Shown here piece after piece: positions 15,456 to 31,670 of a DNA stretch of 64,000 nt. The notes beneath the pieces were generated by a model that saw nothing but the letters and a program-made list of their open reading frames with translations, ran no database searches and was not told the DNA's origin. A program made the translations under genes and the position numbers. The number at the start of each line of letters is the position of its first letter. Within the stretch, counting starts at the first letter, position 1. Origin of the DNA: the human T2T-CHM13v2.0 reference genome, Homo sapiens; the NCBI RefSeq assembly GCF_009914755.1, contig NC_060937.1, one strand, 5' to 3'.

Positions 15456-18400
15456 ATATCAAAGTACGCAAAGCATGTATTATATACTGTACATAAAATA
15501 TGAAAGTACATCAAATATATATTTTATTCTGTACATAAAATATCAAAGTACACCAGATATATATTTTATAGTGTACATAAAATATCAAAGTACCCAAACT
15601 ATACATTATATACTGTACATAAAATATTAAATTACATCAAATATATATTATATTAGGTACGTAAAATATGAAAGTACATCCAATATAGATTATATACTGT
15701 ACATAAAATATCAAAGTACCCCAAATATATTTTATATACTGTACATGAAATATCAAAGTTCACAAACCATATATTATATACTGTAGATAAAATATCAAAG
15801 TACACAACGTATATATTCTATACTGTACAAAAAATATCAAAGTACCCAAAGCATGTATTATACACTGTACATAAAATATGAAAGTACATCAAATATATAT
15901 TTTATTCTGTACATAAAATATCAAAGTACACCAGATTTATATTCTATAGTGTACATAAAATAACAAAGTACACAAACTATAAATTATATACTGTACATAA
16001 AATATGAAATTACATCAAATATATATTAGGTACATAAAATATGAAAGTACATCAAATATAGATTATATACTGTACATAAAATATCAAAGTACCCAAATAT
16101 ATATTATATACTCTACATGAAATATCAAAGTTCAGAAACTATATATTATATACTGTACATAAAATATCAAAGTACCCAAGCTATATATTCTATACTGCAC
16201 AAAAAATATCAAAGTACCCAAAGCATGTATTATATACTGTATATAAAATATGAAAGTACATCAAATATATATTTTATTCTGTACATAAAATATCAAAGTA
16301 CACCGGATATATATTCTATAGTGTACATAAAATAACAAAGTACACAAAGTATAAATTATATAATGTACATAAAATATGAAATTACATCAAATATATTTTA
16401 GGTACATAAAATATGAAAGTACATCAAATATAGATTATATACTGTACATATAATATCAATGTACCCCAAATATATATTTTGTACTCTACATGAAATATCA
16501 AAGTTCACGAACCATATATTATATACTGTACATAAAATATCAAAGTACCCAAGGTATATATTCTATACTGTACAAAAAATATCAAAGTACCCAAAGCATG
16601 TATTATAAACTGTACATAAAATATGAAAGTACGTCAAATATATATTTTATTCTGTACATAAAATATCAAAGTACACCAGATATATATTCTATAGTGTACA
16701 TAAAATATCAAAGTACCCAAAGTATACATTATATACTTTACATAAAATATGAAATTTCATCAAATATATATTATATTAGGTACATAAAATATGAAAGTAC
16801 ATCAAATATAGATTATATACTGTACATTAAATACCAAAGTACCCCAAATATATATTATATACTCTACATGAAATATGAAAGTTCACACACTATATATTAT
16901 ATACCGTACATAAAATATCAAAGTACCCAAGGTATATATTCTATACTGTACAAAAAATATCAAAGTACCCAAAGCATGTATTATATACTGTATATAAAAT
17001 ATGAAAGTACATCAAATATATATTTTATTCTGTACATAAAATATCAAAGTACATCAGATATATATTCTATAGTGTACATAAAATAACAAAGTACACAAAC
17101 TATAAATTATATACTGTACATAAAATATGAAATTACATCAAATATATATTAGGTACCGAAAATATGAAAGTACATCAAATATAGATTATATACTGTACAT
17201 TAAATACCCAAGTACCCCAAATATATATTTTATACTGTACATGAAATATCAAATTTCACAAACTATATATTATATACTGTACATAAAATATCAAAGTACC
17301 CAAGGTATATATTCTATACTGTACAAAAAATATCAAAGTACCCAAAGCCTGTATTATAAACTGTACATAAAATATGAAAGTACATCAACTATATATTTTA
17401 TTCTGTACATAAAATATCAAAGTACACCAGATATATATTCTATAGTGTACATAAAATATCAAAGTACCCAAACTATACATTATATACTGTACATAAATTA
17501 TGAAATTACATCAAATATATATTATATTAGGTACATAAAATATGAAAGTACATCAAATATAGATTATATACTGTACATTAAATACCCAAGTACCCCAAAT
17601 ATATATTTTATACTGTACATGAAATATCAAAGTTCACAAACTATATATTATATACTGTACATAAAATATCAAAGTACCCAAGGTATATGTTCTATACTGT
17701 ACAAAAAATATCAAAGTACCCAAAGCATGTATTATATACTGTACATAAAATATGAAAGTACATCAAATATATATTTTATTCTGTACATAAAATATCAATG
17801 TACACCAGATATATATTCTATAGTGTACATAAAATAACAAAGTACACAAACTATAAATTATATACTGTACATAAAATATGAAATTACATCAAATATATAT
17901 TAGGTACATAAAATATGAAGGTACTTCAAATATAGATTATATACTGTACATAAAATATCAATGTACCCCAAATATATATTTTATACTCTACATGAAATAT
18001 CAAAGTTCACAAACCATATATTATATACTGTACATAAGATATCAAAGTACCCAAGGTATATATTCTATACTGTACAAAAAATATCAAAGTACCCAAAGCA
18101 TGTATTATATACTGTACATAAAATATGAAAGTACACCAAATATATATTTTATTCTGTACATAAAATATCAAAGTACACCAGATATATATTCTATAGTGTA
18201 CATAAAATATCAAAGTACCCAAACTATACATTATATACTGTACATAAAATATCAATGTACAACAAATATATATTTTATACTCTACATGAAATATCAAAGT
18301 TCATAAACTATATATTATATAATGTACATAAAATATCAAAGTACCCAAGGTATATATTGTATACTGTACAAAAAATATCAAAGTACCCAAAGCATGTATT

Positions 18401-18949
18401 ATATACTGTACATAAAATATGAAAGTACATCAAATGTATATTTTACTCTGTACGTAAAATATCAAAGTACACCAGATATATATTCTATAGTGTACATAAA
18501 ATATCAAAGAACCCAAACTATACATTATATACTGTACATAAAATATGAAATTACATCAAATATATATTATATTAGGTACATAAAATATGAAAGTACATCA
18601 AATATAGATTATATACTGTACATTAAATACCAAAGTACCCCAAATCTATATTTTATACTGTACATGAAATATCAAAGTTCACAAACTATATATTATATAC
18701 TGTACATATAATATCAAAGTACCCAAGGTATATATTCTATACTGTACAAAAAATAACAAAGTACCAAAAGCATGTATTATATACTGTACCTAAAATATGA
18801 AAGTACATCAAATATATATTTTATTCTGTACATAAAATATCAAAGTACACCAGCTATATATTCTATAGTGTACATAAAATATCAAAATACCCAAACTATA
18901 CATAATATACTGTACATAAAATATGAAATTACATCAAATATATATTATA

Positions 18950-21900
18950 TTAGGTACATAAAATATGAAAGTACATCAAATATAGATTATATACTGTACA
19001 TAAAATATCAAAGTACCCCAAATATATATTATATACTCTACAGGAAATATCAAAGTTCACACACTATATATTATATACTGTACATAAAATATCAAAATAC
19101 CCAAGGTATATATTCTATACTGTACAAAAAATATCAAAGTACCCAAAGAATGTATTATATACTGTATGTAAAATATGAAAGTACATCAAATATATATTTT
19201 ATTCTGTACATAAAATATCAAAGTACACCAGATATATATTCTATAGTGTACATAAAATAACAAATTACACAAACTATAAATTATATACTGTACATAAAAT
19301 ATGAAATTACATCAAATATATATTAGGTACATAAAATATGAAAGTACATCAAATATAGATTATATACTGTACATAAAATATCAAAGTACCCCAAATATGT
19401 ATTATATACTCTACATGAAATATCAAAGTTCACACACTATATATTATATACTGTACATAAAATATCAAAGTACCCAAGGTATATATTCTATACTGTACAA
19501 AAAATATCAAAGTACCCAAAGCACGTATTATATACTGTACATAAAATATGAAAGTACATCAAATATATATTTTATTCTGTACATAAAATATCAAAGTACA
19601 CCAGATATATATTCTATAGTGTACATAAAATAACAAAGTACACAAACTATAAATTATATACTGTACATAAAATATGAAATTACATCAAATATATATTAGG
19701 TACATAAAATATGAAAGTACATCAAATATAGATTATATACTGTACATAAAATATCAAAGTACCCCAAATATATATTATATACTGTACAAGAAATATCAAA
19801 GTTCACAAACTATATATTATATACTGTACATAAAATATCAAAGTACCCAAGGTATATATTCTATACTGTACAAAAAATATCAAAGTACTCAAAGCACGTA
19901 TTATATACTGTACGTAAAATATGAAAGTACATCAAATATAGATTTTATTCTGTACATAAAATATCAAAGTACACCAGATATATATTCTATAGTGTACATA
20001 AAATATCAAAGTACCCAAACTATACATTATATACTGTACATAAAATATGAAATTACATCAAATTTATATTAGGTACATAAAATATGAAAGTACATCAAAT
20101 ATAGATTATATTCTGTACATAAAATATCAAAGTACCCAAAATCTATATTTTATACTGTACATGAAATATCAAAGTTCACAAACTATATATTATATACTGT
20201 ACATATAATACCAAAGTACCCAAGGTATATATTCTATACTGTACAAAAAATAACAAAGTACCAAAAGCATGTATTATATACTGTACCTAAAATATGAAAG
20301 TACATCAAATATATATTTTATTCTGTACATAAAATATCAAAGTACACCAGATATATATTCTATAGTGTACATAAAATATCAAAGTACCCAAACTATACAT
20401 TATATACTGTACATAAAATATGAAATTACATCAAATATATATTATATTAGGTACATAAAATATGAAAGTACATCAAATATAGATTATATACTGTATATAA
20501 AATATCAAAGTACCCCAAATATATATTTTATACTCTACATGAAATATCAAAGTTCACAAACCATATATTATATACTGTACATAAAATATCAAAGTACCCA
20601 AGGTATATATTCTATACTGTACAAAAAATATCAAAGTACCCAAAGCATGTATTATATACTGTACATAAAATATGAAAGTACACCAAATATATATTTTATT
20701 CTGTACATAAAATATCAAAGTACACCAGATATATATTCTATAGTGTACATTAAATATCAAAGTACCCAATCTATACATTATATACTGTACATAAAATATG
20801 AAATTACATCAAATATATACTAGATACATAAAATATGAAAGTACATCAAATATAGATTATATACTGTACATAAAATATCAATGTACAACAAATATATATT
20901 TTATACTCTACATGAAATATCAAAGTTCACAAACTATATATTATATAATGTACATAAAATATCAAAGTACCCAAGGTATATATTGTATACTGTACAAAAA
21001 ATATCAAAGTACCCAAAGCATGTATTATATACTGTACATAAAATATGAAAGTACATCAAATATATATTTTATTCTGTACATAAAATATCAAAGTACACCA
21101 GATATATATTCTATAGTGTACATAAAATATCAAAGTACCCAAACTATACATTATATACTGTACATAAAATATGAAATTACATCAAATATATACTATATTA
21201 GGGACATAAAATATGAAAGTACATCAAATATAGATTATATACTGTACATAAAATATCAAAGTACCGAAATATATATTATATACTCTACAGGAAATATCAA
21301 AGTTCACACACTATATATTATATACTGTACTTAAAATATCAAAGTACCCAAGGTATATATTCTATACTGTACAAAAAATATCAAAGTACCCAAAGCATGT
21401 ATTATATACTGTATGTAAAATATGAAATTACATCAAATATATATTTTATTCTGTACATAAAATATCAAAGTACACCAGATATATATTCTATAGTGTACAT
21501 AAAATAACAAAGCACACAAACTATAAATTATATACTGTACATAAAATATGAAATTACATCAAATATATATTAGGTACATAAAATATGAAAGTACATCAAA
21601 TATAGATTATATACTGTACATAAAATATCAATGTACCCCAAATATATATTATATATTCTACAGGAAATATCAAAGTTCACAAACCATATATTATATACTG
21701 TACAAAAAATATCAAAGTACCCAAGGTATATATTCTATACTGTACAAAAAATATCAAAGTACCCAAAGCATGTATTATATACTGTATATAAAATATGAAA
21801 GTACATCAAATATATATTTTATTCTGTACATAAAATATCAAAGTACACCAGATATATATTCTATAGTGTACATAAAATAACAAAGTACACAAACTATAAA

Positions 21901-22130
21901 TTATATACTGTACATAAAATATGAAATTACATCAAATATATATTAGGTACATAAAATATGAAAGTACATCAAATATAGATTATATACTGTACATAAAATA
22001 TCAAAGTAACCCAAATATATATTATATACTGTACATGAAATATCAAAGTTCACAAACTATATATTATATACTGTACATAAAATATCAAAGTACCCCAGGT
22101 ATATATTCTATACTATACATAAAATATGAA
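18950..22130 (+). repeat. Dispersed duplicated block B, copy 1 (copy 2 at ~31930-36260 contains 3 extra HORs)
   Basis: ORF offsets 19260->32246 and 19633->32619 are 12986; 20823->33805 is 12982; 21548->35664 is 14116. Shared markers: aaagaatg, aatatgtatt, gtactcaaagcacg, aatttatatt, actagatac, gtacaacaa, agggacat. Confidence 0.87.
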
Positions 22131-23002
22131 AGAACATCAAATATATATTTTATTCTGTACATAAAATATCAAAGTACACCAGATATATATTCTATAGTGT
22201 ACAAAAAATATCAAAGTACCCAAACTATACATTATATACTGTACATAAAATATGAAATTACATCAAATATATATTAGGTACATACAATATGAAAGTACAT
22301 CAAATATAGATTATATACTGTACATAAAATATCAAAGTACCCCAAATATATATTATATACTGTATATGAAATATCAAAGTTCACAAACTATATATTATAT
22401 ACTGTACATAAAATATCAAAGTACCCAAGGTATATATTCTATACTGTACAAAAAATATCAAAGTACCCAAAGCATGTATTATATACTGTACATAAAATAT
22501 GAAAGTACATCAAATATATATTTTATTCTGTACATAAAATATCAAAGTACACCAGATATATATTCTATAGTGTACATAAAACATCAAAGAACCCAAACTA
22601 TACATTATATACTGTACATAAAATATGAAATTACATCAAATATATATTATATTAGGTACATAAAATATGAAAGTACATCAAATATAGATTATATACTGTA
22701 CATTAAATACCAAAGTACCCCAAATATATATTTTATACTGTACATGAAATATCAAAGTTCACAAACTATATATTATATACTGTACATATAATATCAAAGT
22801 ACCCAAGGTATATATTCTATACTGTACAAAAAATAACAAAGTACCAAAAGCATGTATTATATACTGTACCTAAAATATGAAAGTACATCAAATATATATT
22901 TTATTCTGTACATTAAATATCAAAGTACACCAGATATATATTCTATAGTGTACATAAAATATCAAAGTACCCAAACTATACATTATATACTGTACATAAA
23001 AT

Positions 23003-25830
23003 ATGAAATTACATCAAATCTATATTAGGTACAAAAAATATGAAAGTACATCAAATATAGATTATATACTGTACATAAAATATCAAAGTACCCCAAATAT
23101 ATATTATATACTCTACATGAAATATCAAAGTTCACAAACTATATATTATATACTGTACATAAAATATCAAAGTACCCAAGGTATATATTCTGTACTGTGC
23201 AAAAAATATCAAAGTACCCAAAGCATGTATTATATACTGTATATAAAATATGAAAGTACATCAAATACATATTTTATTCTGTACATTAAATATCAAAGTA
23301 CAACAGATATATATTCTATAGTGTACATAAAATAACAAAGTACAAAAACTATAAATTATATACTGTACATAAAATATGAAATTACATCAAATATATATTA
23401 AGTACATAAAATATGAAAGTATATCGAATATAGATTATATACTGTACATAAAATATCAATGTACCCCAAATATATATTTTATACTCTACATGAAATATCA
23501 AAGTTCACAAACCATATATTATATACTGTACATAAAATATCAAAGTACCCAAGGTATATATTCTATACTATAAAAAAAATATCAAAGTACCCAAACTATA
23601 CATTATATGCTATACATAAAATATGAGATTACATCAAATATATATTATATTAGGTACATAAAATATGAAAGTACATCAAATATAGATTATATACTGTATA
23701 TAAAATATCAAAGTACCCCAAATATATATTATATACTCTACATGAAATATCAAAGTTCACAAACTATATATTATATATTGTACATAAAATATCAAAGTAC
23801 CCAAGGTATATATTCTATACTGTACAAGAAATATCAAAGTACCCAAAGCATGTATTATATACTGTATATAAAATATGAAAATACATTAAATATATATTTT
23901 ATTCTGTACATAAAATATCAAAGTACGCCAGATATATATTCTATAGTGTACATAAAATAACAAAGTACACAAACTATAAATTATATACTGTACATAAAAT
24001 ATGAAATTACATCAAATATATATTAGGTACATAAAATATGAAAGTACATCAAATATAGATTATATACTGTACATATAATATCAATGTACCCCAAATATAT
24101 ATTTTATACTCTACATGAAATATCAAAGTTCACAAACCATACATTATATAGTGTACATAAAATATCAAAGTACTCAAGATATGTATTCTATACTGTACAA
24201 AAAATATCAAAGTACCCAAAGCATGTATTATATACTGTACATAAAATATGAAAGTACATCAAATATATATTTTATTCTGTACATAAAATATCAAAGTACA
24301 CCAGATATATATTCTATAGTGTACATAAAATATCAAAGTACCCAAACTATATATTATATACTGTACATAAAATATGAAATTACATCAAATATATATTAGG
24401 TACATAAAATATGAAAGTACATCAAATATAGATTATATACTGTACATAAAATAGCAAAGTACCCCAAATATATATTATATACTCTACATGAAATATCAAA
24501 GTTCACAAACTATATATTATATACTGTACATAAAATATCAAAGTACCCAAGGTATATATTCTATACTGTACAAAAAATATCAAAGTACCCAAAGCAAGTA
24601 TTATATACTGTACATAAAATATGAAAGTACATCAAATATATATTTTCTTCTGTACATAAAATATCAAAGTACACCAGATATATATTCTATAGTGTACATA
24701 AAATAACAAAGTACACAAACTATACATTATATACTGTACATAAAATATGAAATTACATCAAATATATATTAGGTACATAAAATATGAAAGTACATCAAAT
24801 ATAGATTATATACTGTACATAAAATATCAAAGTACCCCAAATATATGTTATATACTCTACATGAAATATGAAAGTTCACAAACTATATATTATATACTGT
24901 ACATAAAATATCAAAGTACCCAAGGTATATATTCTATACTGTGCAAAAAATATCAAAGTACCCAAAGCATGTATTATATACTGTATATAAAATATGAAAG
25001 TACATCAAATATATATTTTATTCTGTACAAAAAATATCAAAGTACACCAGATATATATTCTATAGTGTACATAAAATAACAAAGTACAAAAACTATAAAT
25101 TATATACTGTACATAAAATATGAAATTACATCAAATATATATTAAGTACGTAAAATATGAAAGTACATCAAATATAGATTATATACTGTACATAAAATAT
25201 CAATGTACCCCAAATATATATTTTATACTCTACATGAAATATCAAAGTTCACAAACCATATATTATATACTGTACATAAAATATCAAAGTACCCAAGGTA
25301 TATATTCTATACTATACAAAAAATATCAAAGTACCCAAAACATGTATTATATACTGTACATAAAATATGAAAGTACATCAAATATATATTTTATTCTGTA
25401 CATAAAATATCAAAGTACACCAGATATATATTCTATAGTGTACATAAAATATCAAAGTACCCAAACTATACATTATATGCTATACATAAAATATGAGATT
25501 ACATCAAATATATATTATATTAGGTACATAAAATATGAAAGTACATCAAATATAGATTATATACTGTACATAAAATATCAAAGTACCCCAAATATATATT
25601 ATATACTCTACATGAAATATCAAAGTTCACAAACTATATATTATATACTGTACATAAAATATCAAAGTACCCAAGGTATATATTCTATACTGTACAAAAG
25701 ATATCAAAGTACCCAAAGCATGTATTATATACTGTACATAAAATATGAAAGTACATCAAATATATATTTTATTCTGTACATAAAATATCAAAGTACACCA
25801 GATATATATTCTATAGAGTACATAAAATAA
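23003..25830 (+). repeat. Near-tandem duplication with 5-HOR period (1870 bp); the first copy carries a 3-monomer deletion
   Basis: tgtgcaaaa at 23196 and 24940 (offset 1744); atgctatac at 23607 and 25477 (offset 1870). The 126-bp difference equals 3x42 and maps to ~23580. Confidence 0.8.
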
Positions 25831-28800
25831 CAAAGTACAAAAACTATAAATTATATACTGTACATAAAATATGAAATTACATCAAATACATATTAGGCAC
25901 ATAAAATATGAAAGTACATCAAATATAGATTATATACTGTACATAAAATATCAATGTACCCCAAATATATATTTTATACGCTACATGAAATATCAAAGTT
26001 CACAAACCATATCTTATATACTGTACATAAAATATCAATGTAACCAAGGTATATATTCTATACTGTACAAAAAATATCAAAGTACCCAAAGCATGTATTA
26101 TATACTGTACATAAAATATGAAAGTACATCAAATATATATTTTATTCTGTACATAAAATATCAAAGTACACCAGATATATATTCCATAGTGTACATAAAA
26201 TATCAAAGTACCCAAACTATACATTATATACTGTACATAAAATATGAAATTACATCAAATATATTTTATATTAGGTACATAAAATATGAAAGTACATCAA
26301 ATATAGATTATATACTGTAGATTACATACCAAAGTACCCCAAATATATATTTTATACTGTACATGAAATATCAAAGTTCACAAACTATATATTATATACT
26401 GTACATGTAATATCAAAGTACCCGAGGTATATATTCTATACTGTACAAAAAATAACAAAGTCCCAAAAGCATGTATTATATACTGTACATAAAATATGAA
26501 ACCACATCAAATATATATTTTATTCTGTACATAAAATATCAAAGTACAGCAGATATATATTCTATAGAGTACATAAAATATCAAAGTACCCAAACTATAC
26601 ATTATATACTGTACATAAAATATGAAATTACATCAAATATATATTATATTAGGTACATAAAATATGAAAGTACATCAAATATAGATTATATACTGTACAT
26701 TGAATACCAAAGTACCCCAAATATATATTTTATACTGTACATGAAATATCAAAGTTCACAAACTATATATTATATACTGTACATAAAATATCAAAGTACC
26801 CAAGGTATATATTCTATACTCTAAAAAAAATATCAAAGTACCCAAAGCATGTATTATATACTGTATATAAAATATGAAAGTACATTAAATATATATTTTA
26901 TTCTGTACATAAAATATCAAAGTACACCAGATATATATTCTATAGTGTACATAAAATTACAAAGTACACAAACTATACACTATATACTGTACATAAAATA
27001 TGAAATTACATCAAATATATATTAGGTACATAAAATATGAAAGTACATCAAATATAGATTATATACTGTACATATAATATCAACGTACCCCAAATATATA
27101 TTTTATACTCTACATGAAATATCAAAGTTCACAAACCATACATTATATACTGTACATAAAATATCAAAGTACCCAAGGTATATATTCTATACTGTACAAA
27201 AAATATCAAAGTACCCAAAGCATGTATTATATACTGTACATAAAATATGAAATTACATCAAATATATATTTTATTCTGTACTTAAAATATCAAAGTACAC
27301 AAGTTATATATTCTATAGTGTACATAAAATATCAAAGTACCCAAACTATACATTATATACTGTACATAAAATATGAAATTACATCAAATATATATTATAT
27401 TAGGTACATGAAATATGAAAGTACATCAAATATAGATTATATACTGTACATTAAATACCAAAGTACCCCAAATATATATTTTATACTGTACATGAAATAT
27501 TAAAGTTCACACACTATATATTATATACTTTACATAAAATATCAAAGTACCCAACTTATATATTCTATACTGTACAAAAAACATCAAAGTACCCAAAGCA
27601 TGTATTATATACTGTACATAAAATATGAAAGTACATCAAATATATCTTTTATTCTGTACATAATATATCAAAGTACACCAGATATATATTCTATAGTGTA
27701 CATAAAATAACAAAGTACAAAAACTATAAATTCTATACTGTACATAAAATATGAAATTACATCAAATACATATTAGGTACATAAAATATGAAAGTACATC
27801 AAATATAGATTATATACTGTACATAAAATATCAATGTACCCCAAATATATATTTTATACTCTACATGAAATATCAAAGTTCACAAACCATATATTATATA
27901 CTGTACATAAAATATCAAAGTACCCAAGGTGTATATTCTATACTATACAAAAAATATCAAAGTACCCAAAGCATGTATTATATACTGTACATAAAATATG
28001 AAAGTACATCAAATATATATTTTATTCTGTACATAAAATATCAAAGTACACCAGATATATATTCTATAGTGTACATAAAATATCAAAATACCCAAACTAT
28101 ACATTATATACTGTACATAAAATATGAGATTACATCAAATATATATTATATTAGGTACATAAAATATGAAAGTACATCAAATATAGATTATATACTGTAC
28201 ATAAAATATCAAATACCCCAAATATATATTATATACTCTACATGAAATATCAAAGTTCACAAACTATATATTATATACTGTACATAAAATATCAAAGTAC
28301 CCAAGGTATATATTCTATAATGTAGAAAAAATATCAAAGTACCCAAAGCGTGTATTTTATACTTTATATAAAATATGAAATTACATCAAATATATATTTT
28401 ATTCTGTACATAAAATATCAAAGTACACCAGATATATATTCTATAGTGTACATAAAATATCAAAGTACCGAAACTATACATTATATACTGTACATAAAAT
28501 ATGAAATTACATAAAATATATATTATATTAGGTACATAAAATACGAAAGTACATCAAATATAGATTATATACTGTACATTAAATACCAAAGTACCCCAAA
28601 TATATATTTTATACTGTACATGAAATATCAAAGTTCACAAACTATATATTATATACTGTACATAAAATATCAAAGTACCCAAGGTATATATTCTATACTG
28701 TACAAAAAATATCAAAGTACCCAAAGCATGTATTATATACTGTACATAAAATATGAAAGTACATTAAATATATATTTTATTCTGTACATAAAATATCAAA

Positions 28801-29599
28801 GTACACCAGATATATATTCTATAGTGTACATAAAATAACAAAGTACACAAACTATAAATTATATACTGTACATAAAATATGAAATTACATCAAATATATA
28901 TTAGGTACATAAAATATGAAAGTACATCAAATATAGATTATATACTGTACATATAATATCAATGTACCCCAAATATATATTTTATACTCTACATGAAATA
29001 TCAAAGTTCACAAACCATACATTATATACTGTACATAAAATATCAAAGTACCCAAGGTATGTATTCTATACTGTACAAAAAATATCAAAGTACCCAAAGC
29101 ATGTATTATATACTATACATAAAATATGAAAGTACATCAAATATATATTTTATTCTGTACATAAAATATCAAAGTACACCAGATATATATTCTATAGTGT
29201 ACATAAAATATCAAAGTACCCAAACTATACATTATATACTGTACATAAAATATGAAATTACATCAAATATATATTAGGTACATAAAATATGAAAGTACAT
29301 CAAATATAGATTATATACTGTACATAAAATATCAAAGTACCCCAAATATATATTATATACTCTACATGAAATATCAAAGTTCACACACTATATATTATAT
29401 ACTGTACATAAAATATCAAAGTACCCAAGGTATATATTCTATACTGTACAAAAAATATCAAAGTACCCAAAGCATGTATTATATACTGTACATAAAATAT
29501 GAAAGTACATCAAATATATATTTTATTCTGTACATAAAATATCAAAGTACACCAGATATATATTCTATAGTGTACATAAAATAACAAAGTACACAAACT

Positions 29600-31670
29600 A
29601 TAAATTCTATACTGTACATAAAATATGAAATTACATCAAATATATATTAGGTACATAAAATATGAAAGTACATCAAATATAGATTATATACTGTACATAA
29701 AATATCAATGTACCCCAAATATATATTTTATACTCTACATGAAATATCAAAGTTCAGAAACCATATATTGTATACTGTACATAAAATATCAAAGTACCCA
29801 AGGTATGTATTCTATACTGTACAAAAAATATCAAAGTACCCAAGGTATATATTCTATACTGTACAAAAGATATCAAAGTACCCAAAGCATGTATTATATA
29901 CTGTACATAAAATATGAAAGTACATCAAATATATATTTTATTCTGTACATAAAATATCAAAGTACACCAGATATATATTCTATAGTGTACATAAAATATC
30001 AAAGTACCCACACTATTTATTATATACTGTACATAAAATATGAAATTACATCAAATATATATTATATTAGGTACATAAAATATGAAAGTACATCAAATAT
30101 AGATTATATACTGTACATTAAATACCAAAGTACCCCAAATATATATTTTATACTGTACATAAAAAATCAAAGTTCACAAACTATATATTATATACTGTAC
30201 ATAAAATATCAAAGTACCCAAGGTATATATTCTATACTGTACAAAAAATATCAAAGTACCCAAAGCATGTATTATATACTGGACATAAAATATGAAAGTA
30301 CATCAAATATATATTTTATTCTGTACATAAAATATCAAAGTACACCAGATATATATTCTATAGTGTACATAAAATAACAAAGTACCCAAACTATACATTA
30401 TATACTGTACATAAAATATGAAATTACATCATATATATATTAGGTACATAAAATATGAAAGTACATCAAATATAGATTATATACTGTACATAAAATATCA
30501 AAGTACCCCAAATATATATTATATACTCTACATGAAATATCAAAGTTCACAAACTATATATTATATACTGTGCCTAAAATATAAAAGTACCCAAGGTATA
30601 TATTCTATACTGTACAAAAAATATCAAAGTACCCAAAGCATGTATTATATACTGTACATAAAATATGAAAGTACATCAAATATATATTTTATTCTGTACA
30701 TAAAATATCAAAGTACACCAGATATATATTCTATAGTGTACATAAAATAACAAAGTACACAAACTATACATTATATACTGTACATAAAATATGAAATTAC
30801 ATCAAATATATATTAGGTACATAAAATATGCAATTACATCAAATATAGATTTTATACTGTACATAAAATATCAAAGTACCCCAAATATATATTTTATACT
30901 GTACATGAAATATCAAAGTTCACACACTATATATTATATACTGTACATAAAATATCAAAGTACCCAACTTATATATTCTATACTGTACAAAAAACATCAA
31001 AGTACCCAAAGCATGTATTATATACTGTACATAAAATATGAAAGTACATCAAATATATCTTTTATTCTGTACATAATATATCAAAGTACACCAGATATAT
31101 ATTCTATAGTGTACATAAAATAACAAAGTACAAAAACTATAAATTCTATACTGTACATAAAATATGAAATTACATCAAATACATATTAGGTACATAAAAT
31201 ATGAAAGTACATCAAATATAGATTATATACTGTACATAAAATATCAATGTACCCCAAATATATATTTTATACTCTACATGAAATATCAAAGTTCACAAAC
31301 CATATATTATATACTGTACATAAAATATCAAAGTACCCAAGGTATATATTCTATACTATACAAAAAATATCAAAGTACCCAAAGCATGTATTATATACTG
31401 TACATAAAATATGAAAGTACATCAAATATATATTTTATTCTGTACATAAAATATCAAAGTACACCAGATATATATTCTATAGTGTACATAAAATATCAAA
31501 ATACCCAAACTATACATTATATACTGTACATAAAATATGAGATTACATCAAATATATATTATATTAGGTACATAAAATATGAAAGTACATCAAATATAGA
31601 TTATATACTGTACATAAAATATCAAATACCCCAAATATATATTATATACTCTACATGAAATATCAAAGTT
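29600..31670 (+). repeat. Dispersed duplicated block C, copy 1 (copy 2 at ~61327-63397), including a 10-mer HOR
   Basis: ORF coordinates match at a constant offset of 31727 (29625/61352, 30418/62145, 30791/62518, 31164/62891, 31658/63385). Shared markers: doubled m4, aaaaaatcaa, ctgga, tgcctaaaatataaa, atgcaatt, ccaactt. Confidence 0.9.
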
